From an uncultured Candidatus Binatia bacterium (GTDB lineage Bacteria; Desulfobacterota; Binatia; Bin18), in contig OZ243961.1 in NCBI GenBank assembly GCA_965214605.1, positions 3,456,001-3,520,000 on the forward strand: a DNA stretch of 64,000 bases. The letters run 5' to 3'. Under the pieces are notes generated by a model. That model saw only the letters and a list, made by a program, of their open reading frames with translations, was not told the origin of the DNA and did not search any database. The stretch's first letter is position 1. The number at the start of each line of letters is the position of its first letter. Below, piece after piece: positions 40,524 to 51,150 of the stretch. The translations under genes were made by a program, and so were the position numbers.

Positions 40524-41606
40524 CTAGGATTCTCCGTCCGGTTCGTCCTCTCCGCTTGACTCGGTTACCGGTATCACACTTTGTGCCGCCCCTGCCCGTT
40601 CGAACTCTGGGACCTTCTTGACCACAAAGTCGACCGCCCTGCCCTCATCAAGCGTTTCAAAGGCAACCCCTGGCTCTACATCGCTACAGTGAAAGAAATA
40701 GTCCTGCCCGTCAGCACCTTGGATAAAGCCAAAGCCGCGTTCGGCGACCTTTTTCTTCACTAGGCCTCTGAGCGGCGCACCGAGCTGGATCTGTGGACCG
40801 GCCACGGCCGGCGTGTCGTTACCGCTCAGATACTCGTGCTGGGTTTCCTGCCGCTGCTGAGCGAACGCTTCCCGACACGCGTCACAGAAGAATTTCTGGC
40901 CCTTGCGAGGGTGGAAGGTCGTCCACACACGGCGGTCGCCGACATGGCCGGGCGATTGGCAGTCAAGTTGGTGGCGTTCGTATTTGAGTTCTAGACGGTG
41001 CAGTAAGTCATCTAGCCAAATAACATCAAAATCTTTGACCCCGGCTTCGTCCCGAGGGTCGGCAAACTCGGGCGCGCAGCTCCCTTGGATGCTGACCAAT
41101 GCGACCTGTTTGCCTAGCCGCCGGACATGCTGAAAGACCGGTTTGAAATCCTGGTCGCCAACCACAGCGACGGCAATATCGTAAGCGTTGGGGATGGCGG
41201 CGTAATACAGAATGGAGGTGGCGAGGGAAATATCGACGCATTTTTCTTTGGGCTCGAACGGGTCGCTTGGGTCTCGATCAACCCGCCGCAGGCGTCGGCC
41301 CCGAAAATTGATCGGAAAGGTTTCTAGCTCATAGTGATACTCTTCTTTGAGCCGGAAGAAAAAATCGAGGCGCCGCTGGACGACCTCGCGGTCGTTCGGA
41401 TCATAGTTGTCGGCGTAGCTGCCAAATAAGTAGGTGCGGACGACGTGGACATCTAGCTCGTTGAGCTGACTCCGGAGCTCTTCGGCCAAGACCTGGGGCA
41501 GACGGCCAAAATCGAGCTGAAAGTCGCCTTTGCCGTACGAATCAGCTAGACGGGGCGTGTTTGAGTACAGCCACGTCCCGTCAATAAATAGCATTATTTT
41601 GAGCAT
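40524..41606 (-). CDS. NYN (LabA-like) RNase domain + Zn-ribbon + cold-shock domain protein
   Basis: FIDGTW, EKCVDISLA, GDQDFKP; CQSPGH..FFCDAC; RGFGFI..DYFFH. Confidence 0.88.
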   Translation of the reverse strand: MLKIMLFIDGTWLYSNTPRLADSYGKGDFQLDFGRLPQVLAEELRSQLNELDVHVVRTYLFGSYADNYDPNDREVVQRRLDFFFRLKEEYHYELETFPINFRGRRLRRVDRDPSDPFEPKEKCVDISLATSILYYAAIPNAYDIAVAVVGDQDFKPVFQHVRRLGKQVALVSIQGSCAPEFADPRDEAGVKDFDVIWLDDLLHRLELKYERHQLDCQSPGHVGDRRVWTTFHPRKGQKFFCDACREAFAQQRQETQHEYLSGNDTPAVAGPQIQLGAPLRGLVKKKVAERGFGFIQGADGQDYFFHCSDVEPGVAFETLDEGRAVDFVVKKVPEFERAGAAQSVIPVTESSGEDEPDGES

Positions 41607-42084
41607 TCTCAGTTTTCTTCGGGCCGCTATTGCCGTTCCCGTCCTGGAGATAGATGAGAGCAAAGCCCACCTGGGAGAGGTTGAAGGTTTTATTCGTCCG
41701 GGTATGTATCGAACCCGCGCCCTGGCCAAACCCAGACAGTTCGGTCGCCCAGTCCGGATAGGCGTTGAAGGTGTTCACATGTTCGACGTTTTGAACCGGC
41801 AGTAAAATGACGGCATGGGCACCGATCTGGCAGGCTTCGAAGCGAATCAGGTGTTGCATCCGAGACAGCTCGTCCTGTTCGTTCCCGTACGACCAGATTT
41901 GAGCAATGGTTTCGTGGGCTCTGTCGGGCGGGGCTTGGAGCATCGCCATTTGACAATCGTGAGGACGGGGGTCGGGGTAGATCGGAGCGGTTCTCTGTAC
42001 CCAGGCCACCGGTTTTCCCTTGGGCGAACAACCCGCCAACAGACATCCCGATACTATCAGCAAACAGCAGCAGATGAGATGCAT
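41581..42084 (-). CDS. Hypothetical lipoprotein
   Basis: Lipobox LAGC; EACQIGAHAVI motif; AAGGAAGG RBS. Confidence 0.65.
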   Translation of the reverse strand: MHLICCCLLIVSGCLLAGCSPKGKPVAWVQRTAPIYPDPRPHDCQMAMLQAPPDRAHETIAQIWSYGNEQDELSRMQHLIRFEACQIGAHAVILLPVQNVEHVNTFNAYPDWATELSGFGQGAGSIHTRTNKTFNLSQVGFALIYLQDGNGNSGPKKTENAQNNAIY

Positions 42085-42110
42085 GGCTCGCCTTCCTTGC
42101 GAGGCTGAGG

Positions 42111-42671
42111 TCAGCCTGTCACCCCCACCATAAACCGCCCTGCAGGTCGGTGCAAGCGCAGCTCCGGTCCGGCAGTAGCAACAGAGGAGAGATGGACAAT
42201 AAAGGCACACGCTACGTCAGCCGCTTCGGGCTGACGTACAATGACTTCAATCTGCCAGCTGTCGGCGTACAGCCGCACGCCACCGCTCGACCGATAGCGC
42301 CCCTCTCCTAAGGACACGGCAACGAGGGTTGTGGTCGTGCTGGTCGGTTTCCCCAGAGCTGGCAGCGGGGTGAAGACAAACACTACACGGCTCACCGTGG
42401 TCGGCGGCTGGCCGGCGCTATCCCGGACAGATGCAGTATAGGTGGGCGTGCCGTCCTGCTCGTAGCTCAGGGTGAAGCGGACCCGCAGGTCGTCGCAGGT
42501 CTTGGTCTGCGCTTGGGAGGGGGGTGGAGGACGAAAACTGGGCTGTGAGGACGCGGTACACGAGACGAGCAGGCCACACACCAGACTCAGCACACAACGG
42601 AGCGGGTGTGGGGAAGCGGGCAGCCCGCAGCCCGTCAGGCTGCTAAGCTCGGTTTGCCTGGAGAAGGCCAT
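42111..42671 (-). CDS. FixH/YtkA-like lipoprotein
   Basis: LVSC lipobox-like; VRDSAGQP, GEGRYR, WQIEVIV Ig-like pattern. Confidence 0.55.
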   Translation of the reverse strand: MAFSRQTELSSLTGCGLPASPHPLRCVLSLVCGLLVSCTASSQPSFRPPPPSQAQTKTCDDLRVRFTLSYEQDGTPTYTASVRDSAGQPPTTVSRVVFVFTPLPALGKPTSTTTTLVAVSLGEGRYRSSGGVRLYADSWQIEVIVRQPEAADVACAFIVHLSSVATAGPELRLHRPAGRFMVGVTG

Positions 42672-42679
42672 AGGAGGGC

Positions 42680-44011
42680 TTACGAGGCTCCGACGGACAC
42701 CGCGTCGGGCAGCTGATGAGCAGTCTGCCAGGCGGCCAGGTCGCGCAGCGCCCGTTGGGCCAGAATGGACTTTTTCTGGCGTCCTTGCAAGCGACGCGAG
42801 AGCGGGGGAAACAGGCCGTAGTTGATGTTCATGGGTTGAAACTCACGGCGTTCGCTGCTGGTGATATAGGTGAATAAAGCGCCCAACGCGGTCGTTGCCG
42901 GGGCACCTAGGAGCGGGGCTCGCCGGGCGTACCGGGCGGCGTTCAGCCCCGCTAGCAGGCCGGCCGCGGCCGACTCCAAATAGCCTTCCACTCCAACCAT
43001 CTGGCCGGCAAAGAACAGGTCTCCGCGGTCTCGAAACTGGAGGGTCGGTTTGAGCAGCCGGGGCGAGTCAATAAAGGTGTTCCGATGGAGACTGCCGAGG
43101 CGCACAAACTCGGCCTGCTCCAGACCTGGGATGGTACGAAACACCCGGCGTTGTTCCGGATAGCTCATCTTGGTCTGAAAGCCGACCATCCCCCACAAAC
43201 TGCCAGCCCGGTCGTCCTGACGGAGCTGGACAACCGCATAGGGCTGCTTGCCTGTTCGCGGATCGCTCAGGCCGACCGGCTTCAGCGGCCCAAAGGCCAG
43301 GGTGTCTCTGCCGCGTCGTGCCATCTCCTCAATCGGTAAGCAGCCCTCAAAATACACCGCCCGCTCGAACTCTTTGGCTTCCACCTTGCGCGCCCTCATA
43401 ATGTCGTCAACAAGGCGGTAATACTCCTCCTGATTCAGCGGACAGTTCAGATAGTCGTCGCCGCCACGATTATAGCGGGAGGCCCGAAACACCACCTCCC
43501 GATTGATAGAGGCGGCCTGAATTATTGGAGAAATGGCATCGTAAAAATACAGATAGTCACTGCCAAATAAGGCCTGGAGCCGGGCAGACAGAGCGGGCGA
43601 GGTCAAGGGGCCGGTGGCTACGACTGTGACGCCATCCGGTAGGCTGTCGACTTCTTGGCGCCGGATTTCAATCAGCGGATGGCCGGTCAGGGCCTCGCCC
43701 ACCGTATGGGAGAACATCTCCCGATCTACGGCCAGCGCCTGGCCGGCGGGTACCTGCGAGGCATCCGCAGCGCGCATAATCAGCGAACCCAAGTGGCGCA
43801 TTTCCTGTTTGAGCAACCCGATTGCGGTTGTCAACGATACGCTGCGCAAAGAATTTGAACACACCAGCTCGGCAAAGCCGTCCGTTTGGTGCGCCTCGGT
43901 CGGCCGCACCGGCCGCATCTCGTGCAAACATACGGCAAGGCCGGATTGAGCGATTTGCCATGCGGCTTCGCTTCCGGCCAGCCCGCCGCCAATGACTGTG
44001 ATGGCTTGCAT
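42680..44011 (-). CDS. trmFO: Methylenetetrahydrofolate-tRNA (uracil-54) methyltransferase
   Basis: [44 protein letters not shown]. Confidence 0.97.
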   Translation of the reverse strand: MQAITVIGGGLAGSEAAWQIAQSGLAVCLHEMRPVRPTEAHQTDGFAELVCSNSLRSVSLTTAIGLLKQEMRHLGSLIMRAADASQVPAGQALAVDREMFSHTVGEALTGHPLIEIRRQEVDSLPDGVTVVATGPLTSPALSARLQALFGSDYLYFYDAISPIIQAASINREVVFRASRYNRGGDDYLNCPLNQEEYYRLVDDIMRARKVEAKEFERAVYFEGCLPIEEMARRGRDTLAFGPLKPVGLSDPRTGKQPYAVVQLRQDDRAGSLWGMVGFQTKMSYPEQRRVFRTIPGLEQAEFVRLGSLHRNTFIDSPRLLKPTLQFRDRGDLFFAGQMVGVEGYLESAAAGLLAGLNAARYARRAPLLGAPATTALGALFTYITSSERREFQPMNINYGLFPPLSRRLQGRQKKSILAQRALRDLAAWQTAHQLPDAVSVGAS

Positions 44012-44079
44012 CGTCTGTCAAAGCTCAAAAAATGGGCCCATCATCACAATGAAGTATGTCCTCCATTGCATGCCTCTCT

Positions 44080-46530
44080 TCACCCCGCCACCTGATCCAT
44101 GGCCGGCTCGGTTGCTGTCGGGACCTCCTCGACCGACACAGTGTAGTCGCACTCGTCCCGGAAACAGCGTCGGGTCGTGCCGGTCCGCTTGGTCGTTTTT
44201 TCGACTACAAAGGGCGCCTGGCACCGCGGGCAGGGCGTGGCCACGGGCTTATCCCACAGCGCAAATTCGCATTTGGGGTAGCGGTTACATCCGTAGAAGG
44301 TCTTTCCGCGTCTGGACTGCTTCTGCTGGAGCTCACCCTCCTGACAGTCCGGACAGGCGATACCCAAGGATACGGCCGCGGCCTGGCCTAACTTTTTTAT
44401 CGCCTTACACTCCGGGTAGCCCGAACAGCCGAGAAACGCGCCATACCGACCAGAGCGGACCTGCATGGGTCTGCCACACTCTTCACAGGTCTCGTCGGTT
44501 AGAGTCTCGGGCAGAGCTTGGGGCACAATGTCTCCCTGTTCGTTGCGGCTGAAGTTGCGGGTTGCGGTGCAGTCGGGATAGTTTGTACAGGCTAGAAACT
44601 CGCCGTTGCGTCCCCATTTGATGATCATCTTCCCATCAGCGCATTCCTGGCAGGCGAGATCGGTCGTCGTGCCTGCGCCGACATCACGCATTTCTTTGGC
44701 GGCTTTTTCAAGTCTGGTCGAGAAGGGAACGTAGAAGCGCTCCATGGCCTGTTGCCAGTTTTCTTTTCCCTCCTCAATTTTATCCAGAATTTCTTCCATG
44801 CCGGCGGTGAACTCGGCGTTCAGAATATCGGGGAAGGACTCGACTAGGAGTTCGGTGACCAGCATGCCGAGGTCGGTGGGCCGCAAGCGCCGCTGCTCGT
44901 CTTCATAGACGTACTCTTTGTTGAGAATCGTGCTCATAATTGCAGCGTAGGTCGACGGGCGGCCAATCCCGTCCTCTTCAAGCTCTTTGATCAAGGTGGC
45001 CTGGGTAAAGCGGGGCGGTGGCTGGGTGAAGTGTTGATTGGGTGCCACTTTCAGCAGGGTTAGAATTTCCCCCTCAGTCAGCGGCGGAAGCTGCTTCTCT
45101 TCGTCTTTGTCGGCGTTGGTTTTATCGTCTGTGCCTTCACTATAGACCCGCAGGAACCCATCGAAGCGCATGACTTGACCACTAGCTCGGAACAGATAGT
45201 CATTGACCGACATATCAACGCTGGTCAGCGCGGACGGGTCATTGACCAACATATCAACGCTGGTCTGTTCAAACTGGGCTGGGGCCATCTGGCTGGCCAG
45301 AAAACGGTTCCAGATCAAGGTATAGAGTTTGAGTTCTTCTGGTTTGAGATACGGAGCGACGGACGTAGGGGTGTAATCCAACGAGGTCGGACGAATTGCC
45401 TCATGGGCCTCTTGCGCGCTCTTTGCCGAACGGTAGATGTTTGGTCGCTTAGGGACATATTGGGCGCCATAGGTTACAGTCAGATACTCACGCGCGGCCG
45501 CTGTCATCTGGGGCGAGATGCGCGGTGAATCCGTCCGCATATACGTAATCAGGCCAACCTCCCCCTCAGCTCCGAGTTTAACCCCCATATAGAGGCGCTG
45601 AGCAATACCCATTGTCCGGCTGGGAGCAAAACGCAGCTTACGGGACGCTTCTTGCTGGAGGCGCGAGGTGATGAATGGCGGGGCTGGCTTCCGGCGTTTA
45701 TTGCGTTTGGTCACAGTGGTGACCTTCCAGTCGGCACCGTCGATCCGCTTCAGCAGCGCTTGGGCCGCATCTTCAGTGCCAATCCGGACGCTTGCGGTGT
45801 TCGCCCTCTGAAGGCCGTCTACGGCCAGCAGTCCGTTGGCATCGAGCACCTGTTTGGCTGTGGCCTCCACCCGCAGATCGCCGACCTTGGCCAGTCGAGC
45901 CTCAAAGGCAGGGGGCAGCTGGCCCTCAAGAGTGGCAGTGATCGACCAGTATTCGACCGGCTCAAAGGCACGCAGGACTTGCTCGCGTTCGCTAATGATC
46001 CGGACCGCCACCGATTGGACGCGCCCGGCCGATAATCCCCCGCGCACTTTTTTCCACAGAAGCGGGCTAATTTTATACCCAACCAGGCGATCCAAAACAC
46101 GGCGCGCAATCTGGGCGTTGTAGCGTTCACGGTTGAGTTCCTTTGGGTTGTCCAGCGCGTCTTTGACCGCCTGTTGGGTGATTTCGTTGAGTAGGATACG
46201 GTAGATTTTAGTGTCTTTTAAGCCGCTTTTACCCCCTATTTTTTCGGCGATATGCCAGGCGATGGCTTCTCCTTCTCGGTCGGGGTCAGAGGCCAAAAAA
46301 ATCTGCTGTTTGCCCTTGGCCGCTTTGCGCAGCTCCTTAACCACCTTGCTTTTGCCGTGAATGACCTGGTATTGGACGGCAAAGCCGTTATCCACATCCA
46401 CCCCCAGCTTACTCTTAGGCAAGTCCATGATATGCCCAACCGAGGCCTTGACCTGGTAGCCACGTCCCAGGTATTTGCCGATCGTTCTGGCTTTAGCTGG
46501 AGATTCCACAATCACCAAATTTTTCACCAT
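44080..46530 (-). CDS. topA: DNA topoisomerase I
   Basis: IVESPAKA, DPDREGE, SAGRVQS, ITYMRTDS, QEAHEAIRPT, GIGRPSTY, C-terminal Zn fingers. Confidence 0.98.
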   Translation of the reverse strand: MVKNLVIVESPAKARTIGKYLGRGYQVKASVGHIMDLPKSKLGVDVDNGFAVQYQVIHGKSKVVKELRKAAKGKQQIFLASDPDREGEAIAWHIAEKIGGKSGLKDTKIYRILLNEITQQAVKDALDNPKELNRERYNAQIARRVLDRLVGYKISPLLWKKVRGGLSAGRVQSVAVRIISEREQVLRAFEPVEYWSITATLEGQLPPAFEARLAKVGDLRVEATAKQVLDANGLLAVDGLQRANTASVRIGTEDAAQALLKRIDGADWKVTTVTKRNKRRKPAPPFITSRLQQEASRKLRFAPSRTMGIAQRLYMGVKLGAEGEVGLITYMRTDSPRISPQMTAAAREYLTVTYGAQYVPKRPNIYRSAKSAQEAHEAIRPTSLDYTPTSVAPYLKPEELKLYTLIWNRFLASQMAPAQFEQTSVDMLVNDPSALTSVDMSVNDYLFRASGQVMRFDGFLRVYSEGTDDKTNADKDEEKQLPPLTEGEILTLLKVAPNQHFTQPPPRFTQATLIKELEEDGIGRPSTYAAIMSTILNKEYVYEDEQRRLRPTDLGMLVTELLVESFPDILNAEFTAGMEEILDKIEEGKENWQQAMERFYVPFSTRLEKAAKEMRDVGAGTTTDLACQECADGKMIIKWGRNGEFLACTNYPDCTATRNFSRNEQGDIVPQALPETLTDETCEECGRPMQVRSGRYGAFLGCSGYPECKAIKKLGQAAAVSLGIACPDCQEGELQQKQSRRGKTFYGCNRYPKCEFALWDKPVATPCPRCQAPFVVEKTTKRTGTTRRCFRDECDYTVSVEEVPTATEPAMDQVAG

Positions 46531-46619
46531 TTTTCAGACCCTTCCGTTCCCCATCCATGTCCTAGTACGCTCCCTCTTGCAACCATAGCTGCTTTCTCAG
46601 TCTCGAACCGGCACCTCGT

Positions 46620-47400
46620 GCCCGGGGGAAGGAGGCGGACAGGTGGATAAGAATCCCGTCGAGTTCCAGTCTCAAACACCCGAGCCGGCCCAATTCCACT
46701 TCTGGCGATCAATACATCCATATGCATGCAAGGGCTCCCTGTCAAACAGCTTCACCTAGCAGCTCACCGTCGGGCTCAAAGGTCCAACATAGGCTGGCTG
46801 AGACTGGACAGATATAGGCTCGGATCCGTCTTGAAACTCGGCCCGACCGGTTGCGATCGGGAAAATGGCTGCGGGGTGGCTGCCCGGAAGGAAAGATCAC
46901 CGTGCTGTGCTGAATCATGTCTTGTGCCGGGGCCGATGCTCCAGACCCATCACCTCCGCTCCACTCAGTGTCCGTCCCCCAAGCCTTGAGTGCCGCGTGG
47001 GGTGGCTCTGGGCCAGCCCACTGACCACAGTCGCCCGTCCGTGAGTGAAATGATGCGCCCTCGTCCTGCGACTCTAAGCTGCCAGCGATATACACAAAGG
47101 GCGGCGGAGCGCGTCTGTAATTCTCCGGATAGCTCGAATTGGCGGGGGTCACCAGGCGCTTCTCAACCCTAGCGCTATACTCCAGCTCGGTGTCGACCGT
47201 CCCCTACTAAATCAAAGCCAGCAACGGTCCAGACGGCGAGCTCCGGCGTCTGTCGACCGTGCCACAGATGTGGCAAAAACGGCCTGAGGCGCATCAAAGT
47301 GCTCACGCAGCATTCGGACAGGGGACATTTGCCCACCAACCACCCCACGCACCGAATGCAGGGTCAGCCCTTTGCGCCACTGCGCCGGCTGGTACGCGTT
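46620..47400 (-). pseudogene. dprA: DNA-processing protein DprA remnant
   Basis: Fragments YPEN..PPPFVYIAG, VVSGLA, HFPDRNR, HMDVLIARSG in different frames; position directly upstream of topA. Confidence 0.75.
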
Positions 47401-47839
47401 TCCGTGAAGGCTGGGGCACTTCTTCAAGCCCGCTGGACTCTCGGCGGCTACGGTTGTGCGGGGCGGTGGGTGCGGCAACCCTTTCGACCTCTGTGTCGTG
47501 CCTGTCGCGGAGCCTCGGCCGGGCGTCGTTCCCCTCCTCCTAGATAGTGAGGTTAAAGCGGGCGGCCTGGTCCGGCACTATCTCAAAGCGCCTGACGCTT
47601 TCTTTGGAATTGCGGTCCACGATTTGTGGAGAACATGCCCAAGCAGCGAGAAGAGGCGGCAGTGCGCTAGGCACTCGCCAAATGCTCGCAACGCTCCGCC
47701 AAGGGAAAGATCGTCTTCACATCCTGCCGTGTCGAGGCAGCAGACCTTTATGTCAAAGTGCTTCTGGACCGCTTGAAGACCATTTGATACAAGTCCAGAC
47801 CATTAATGAGGGTGCAAACGCACCGCTTTCTCAACCACT

Positions 47840-49558
47840 ATGCTAACTATTCAGCAGCTACTCGAAGAAAAGACAACCCAAGCCTTAGCCGCAGCCAGCG
47901 GGACCTTGGCCCCCGCCCTGGTCAACCCGGCGGCCAATCCGAAATTTGGCGATTATCAGGCCAACGGGGTGATGGCGGTTGCCAAGATGCAAAAGACAAA
48001 CCCCCGTCAGCTTGCCCAAGAGGTTAGCGCTCGGCTGAGTCGTGATGAAATTCCGGCTACCTGGGAGATCGCCGGGCCTGGCTTTATCAATTTTCGCCTC
48101 GACCCCGACTGGCTCGGCCAAACTGTTCTCAAGGCCGCGCTTGATGCCCGGTTGGGGGTGGAGCCCGCGGCGCAGCCGGAAACGATTGTGATTGATTTTA
48201 GCGCGCCCAATATTGCCAAACCCATGCATGTGGGCCACATCCGCTCGACAATTCTGGGCGACGCCCTGGCACGCATCCTGCGCTTTATCGGCCATGGCGT
48301 GGTGACGGACAACCACGTTGGTGACTGGGGCACCCAGTTTGGCATGCTGATCGTTGGCTATCGGACCGTGTTGGACAAAGACGCCTACCGCCGCGATCCG
48401 CTCAGCGAAATGGAACGTATCTATAAGGCCGTGCAGGCTCGGACCAAGACGGATCTGGCGGTCGCCGATCAGGCTCGCCAAGAGCTGGTCAAGCTGCAGA
48501 AGGGCGATGCTGAGAATACGGCCCTGTGGCAAGAGTTTATGGATATTTCGCGCCGAGCTTTTGAGCGACTCTACCAGCGGCTCAATATCAGCTTTGACCA
48601 CTGGCTGGGCGAGAGTTTTTATAATCCAATGCTGGCCGGCGTGGTGCAGGACTTACAGGACAAGCACATTGCCCGACCTAGTGAGGGGGCGGTGTGTATC
48701 TTTTATGACGATGACCCCCAGCTGGCCGACCGCCCGTTTCTGATCCAGAAGTCGGATGGGGCGTTCCTGTATGCCACCACTGACCTGGCGACGATTCGGT
48801 ATCGGATCGAAACGTTTCGACCGGACCGCATTGTGTACGTAACCGATGGCCGCCAGCAGCTGCACTTCAAGCAACTGTTTGCTGCTGCACGTAAGTGGGG
48901 CTATCAGCCCAAGCTCGAACATGTTTGGTTTGGGACCATCCTGGGCGAGGATGGTAGGCCGATTAAGACCCGCGAGGGTGAGCCGGTCAAGCTCAAAGCT
49001 CTGCTCGACGAAGCCGTACAACGAGCTCTGGCCGTGGTCCACAACAAAAACCCGAGCCTCTCTGAGACCGAGCGGCAAGAGGTCGCCCGAATAGTTGGGC
49101 TCGGGGCGGTGAAATACGCCGATTTAATGCAGAATCGTACGGCCGACTATCGCTTCAGCTGGGATAAGCTGCTGGCTTTTGAGGGCAACACGGCCCCGTA
49201 TCTCCAGTACGTGTATGCCCGCATTCGTTCAATTTTTCGGCGCGGTGGCTTGACCGACTGGCAGCCTACGGCGGACATGGACATCCGACTCCAAGCAGCG
49301 GAAGAGCTAGAGCTGGCCAAACAGATGATTCGCTTTGGCGATGTTTTGCTCGAAGTCGAGCGCGCCTACAAGCCCAACCTGCTGGCCGGTTTTTTGTACG
49401 ACTTGGCCGCCAAGTTCAACCTCTTCTACCAAGCTCACCAGGTGCTGAAAGCGTCTCCAGACCAACGGCCGACCCGTCTGTTGCTGTGTGCGCTAACCGC
49501 CCGCTATTTGAAGACGGGTTTGGATCTGTTGGGCATTGAAACTCTAGAAGCGATGTGA
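47840..49558 (+). CDS. argS: Arginine-tRNA ligase
   Basis: FGDYQAN, PNIAKPMHVGHIRS, GDWGTQFG, YATTDLA, GNTAPYLQY. Confidence 0.98.
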   Translation: MLTIQQLLEEKTTQALAAASGTLAPALVNPAANPKFGDYQANGVMAVAKMQKTNPRQLAQEVSARLSRDEIPATWEIAGPGFINFRLDPDWLGQTVLKAALDARLGVEPAAQPETIVIDFSAPNIAKPMHVGHIRSTILGDALARILRFIGHGVVTDNHVGDWGTQFGMLIVGYRTVLDKDAYRRDPLSEMERIYKAVQARTKTDLAVADQARQELVKLQKGDAENTALWQEFMDISRRAFERLYQRLNISFDHWLGESFYNPMLAGVVQDLQDKHIARPSEGAVCIFYDDDPQLADRPFLIQKSDGAFLYATTDLATIRYRIETFRPDRIVYVTDGRQQLHFKQLFAAARKWGYQPKLEHVWFGTILGEDGRPIKTREGEPVKLKALLDEAVQRALAVVHNKNPSLSETERQEVARIVGLGAVKYADLMQNRTADYRFSWDKLLAFEGNTAPYLQYVYARIRSIFRRGGLTDWQPTADMDIRLQAAEELELAKQMIRFGDVLLEVERAYKPNLLAGFLYDLAAKFNLFYQAHQVLKASPDQRPTRLLLCALTARYLKTGLDLLGIETLEAM

Positions 49559-49565
49559 GACTGCC

Positions 49566-50411
49566 ATGTTGGTTACCCGTTACACGCCCGACCCCGTCTC
49601 AATTGCCTATGATATCGTCGGCCGCGGTCCACTGCTTATCTTTCTCCATGGCATCGGTGGCAACCGCACCAACTGGACCAGCCAGCTCGAATCCTTTGGC
49701 ACGCGTTTCTGCGCGGTGGCCTGGGACGCCCGCGGCTATGGTGACAGTCATGATTTTTCCCAGCCCTTACGCTTCAGCGATTATGCCGATGATCTGCTGC
49801 GTTTGCTGGATCACCTCAAGGCCGAGCGGGCCCACCTAGTTGGTCTGTCCATGGGGGGGATGATTATTCAGGACTTCTATCGGCGGTATGCCGAGCGGGT
49901 CGCCAGCCTATCCTTGGTTGATACCTCGGCTGGTTTTGGCGGAGCACCCGAGGAGGTTAAACGCGACTTTCTGGCCCGCCGTCTTGATCCTTTAGAACGG
50001 GGTCTCAGCCCGCAAGATATAGCCCCGAGTGTAATTGAGGTGCTGGTGGCCGAGAGTGCTTCTCCTGAGGTGCGGGCAAAACTCCAGGCTTCACTGTCGG
50101 CCCTACGGGTCGAGCCATACAAACAAGCCCTACACGCAATCGTAACGACTGATTTTCGACCGGTGTTGCCACGGATTAGCGTGCCGACCCTGGTTATTGT
50201 TGGCGAGGAGGATCGGGTCACACCGCCCCAAGCCTCAGAATTTTTGGCCAGCAGTATCGCTCGTGCCTCACTGGTGAAAATTCCCGATGCCGGTCATCTA
50301 ACCAACCTTGAACGCCCCGAGGCGTTTAACGCCGCCCTGGCAGCCTTCCTTGAACGGCAAACAGGAGAAGCGTCGGTGGTGTCGGCGGGCCGAGGAGATG
50401 AGGATGGGTGA
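49566..50411 (+). CDS. Alpha/beta fold hydrolase
   Basis: LHGIGG, DARGYG, GLSMGG, GEED, AGHLTNLE. Confidence 0.93.
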   Translation: MLVTRYTPDPVSIAYDIVGRGPLLIFLHGIGGNRTNWTSQLESFGTRFCAVAWDARGYGDSHDFSQPLRFSDYADDLLRLLDHLKAERAHLVGLSMGGMIIQDFYRRYAERVASLSLVDTSAGFGGAPEEVKRDFLARRLDPLERGLSPQDIAPSVIEVLVAESASPEVRAKLQASLSALRVEPYKQALHAIVTTDFRPVLPRISVPTLVIVGEEDRVTPPQASEFLASSIARASLVKIPDAGHLTNLERPEAFNAALAAFLERQTGEASVVSAGRGDEDG

Positions 50412-50554
50412 ACAGCCCGGTTAAGAACGCGCCACGGAAATCGACGTTCACTACCCCTGATTTCCCGAAGCCTTCTCCTCACAGGTCTAAGGAATACTAG
50501 CCCCCCGAGACGGTCTTAGACCACAATTTGCGGGGCTGTCCGATGAGAGCACGG

Positions 50555-50800
50555 GCCACGTATCGAAGAGATGAACAAAGGCCGAGTAGAGACCACCCCC
50601 TCCTCTCCAACCCGTCTCTCTACATCTGGGTTGATGAGCACATGTGCCGCTTGGTCAGCGACACCTATACCGAAGCCAACCGCTAGAGTCCTGAGCATTT
50701 CAGAGCCTTTGCCCGTATGTATTTCGCCCCCAAGCCGACCTCTGGCCGACCTCGACTAGACGCCCAAGATTCTCGGCTTCGTCAGAGCAGATGGTGCGGT
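50555..50800 (+). pseudogene. Amidohydrolase-2 family remnant
   Basis: RIEEMNKG / LSNPSLYIW..CRLVSDTYTEANR*SPEHFRAFA with stop and frameshift. Confidence 0.45.
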
Positions 50801-51150
50801 ATGCTGATTAGCAGCTGCTCTTCAGAGCAGACTCTGGAGGAGCAGTGTGTTCATCGTATACAGATTGACTCCGCATGGGGAGCGTGTTGCATTTTTGGTC
50901 GGTCTCCCTCTGTCTGAAGAGAGTTAAGAACAAGATTGATGACAAGACTGCGGGTTGCAGGAGTCATAATGGAACGTGTCAACCGGCATGGGGGCACGGC
51001 TCATAATCCGGAAAGGAAAAAGAGACTCTGCCAAGAAATAGCAAAAAACACGAGCCTATTCCGCAGCGCTTCTCACAGAGACGTTCACCAACGTCTGTTG
51101 ACGGAAAGATTAGCCGCGGCGGGACAGGAGGATTGATCGTTCGCCTGCTC

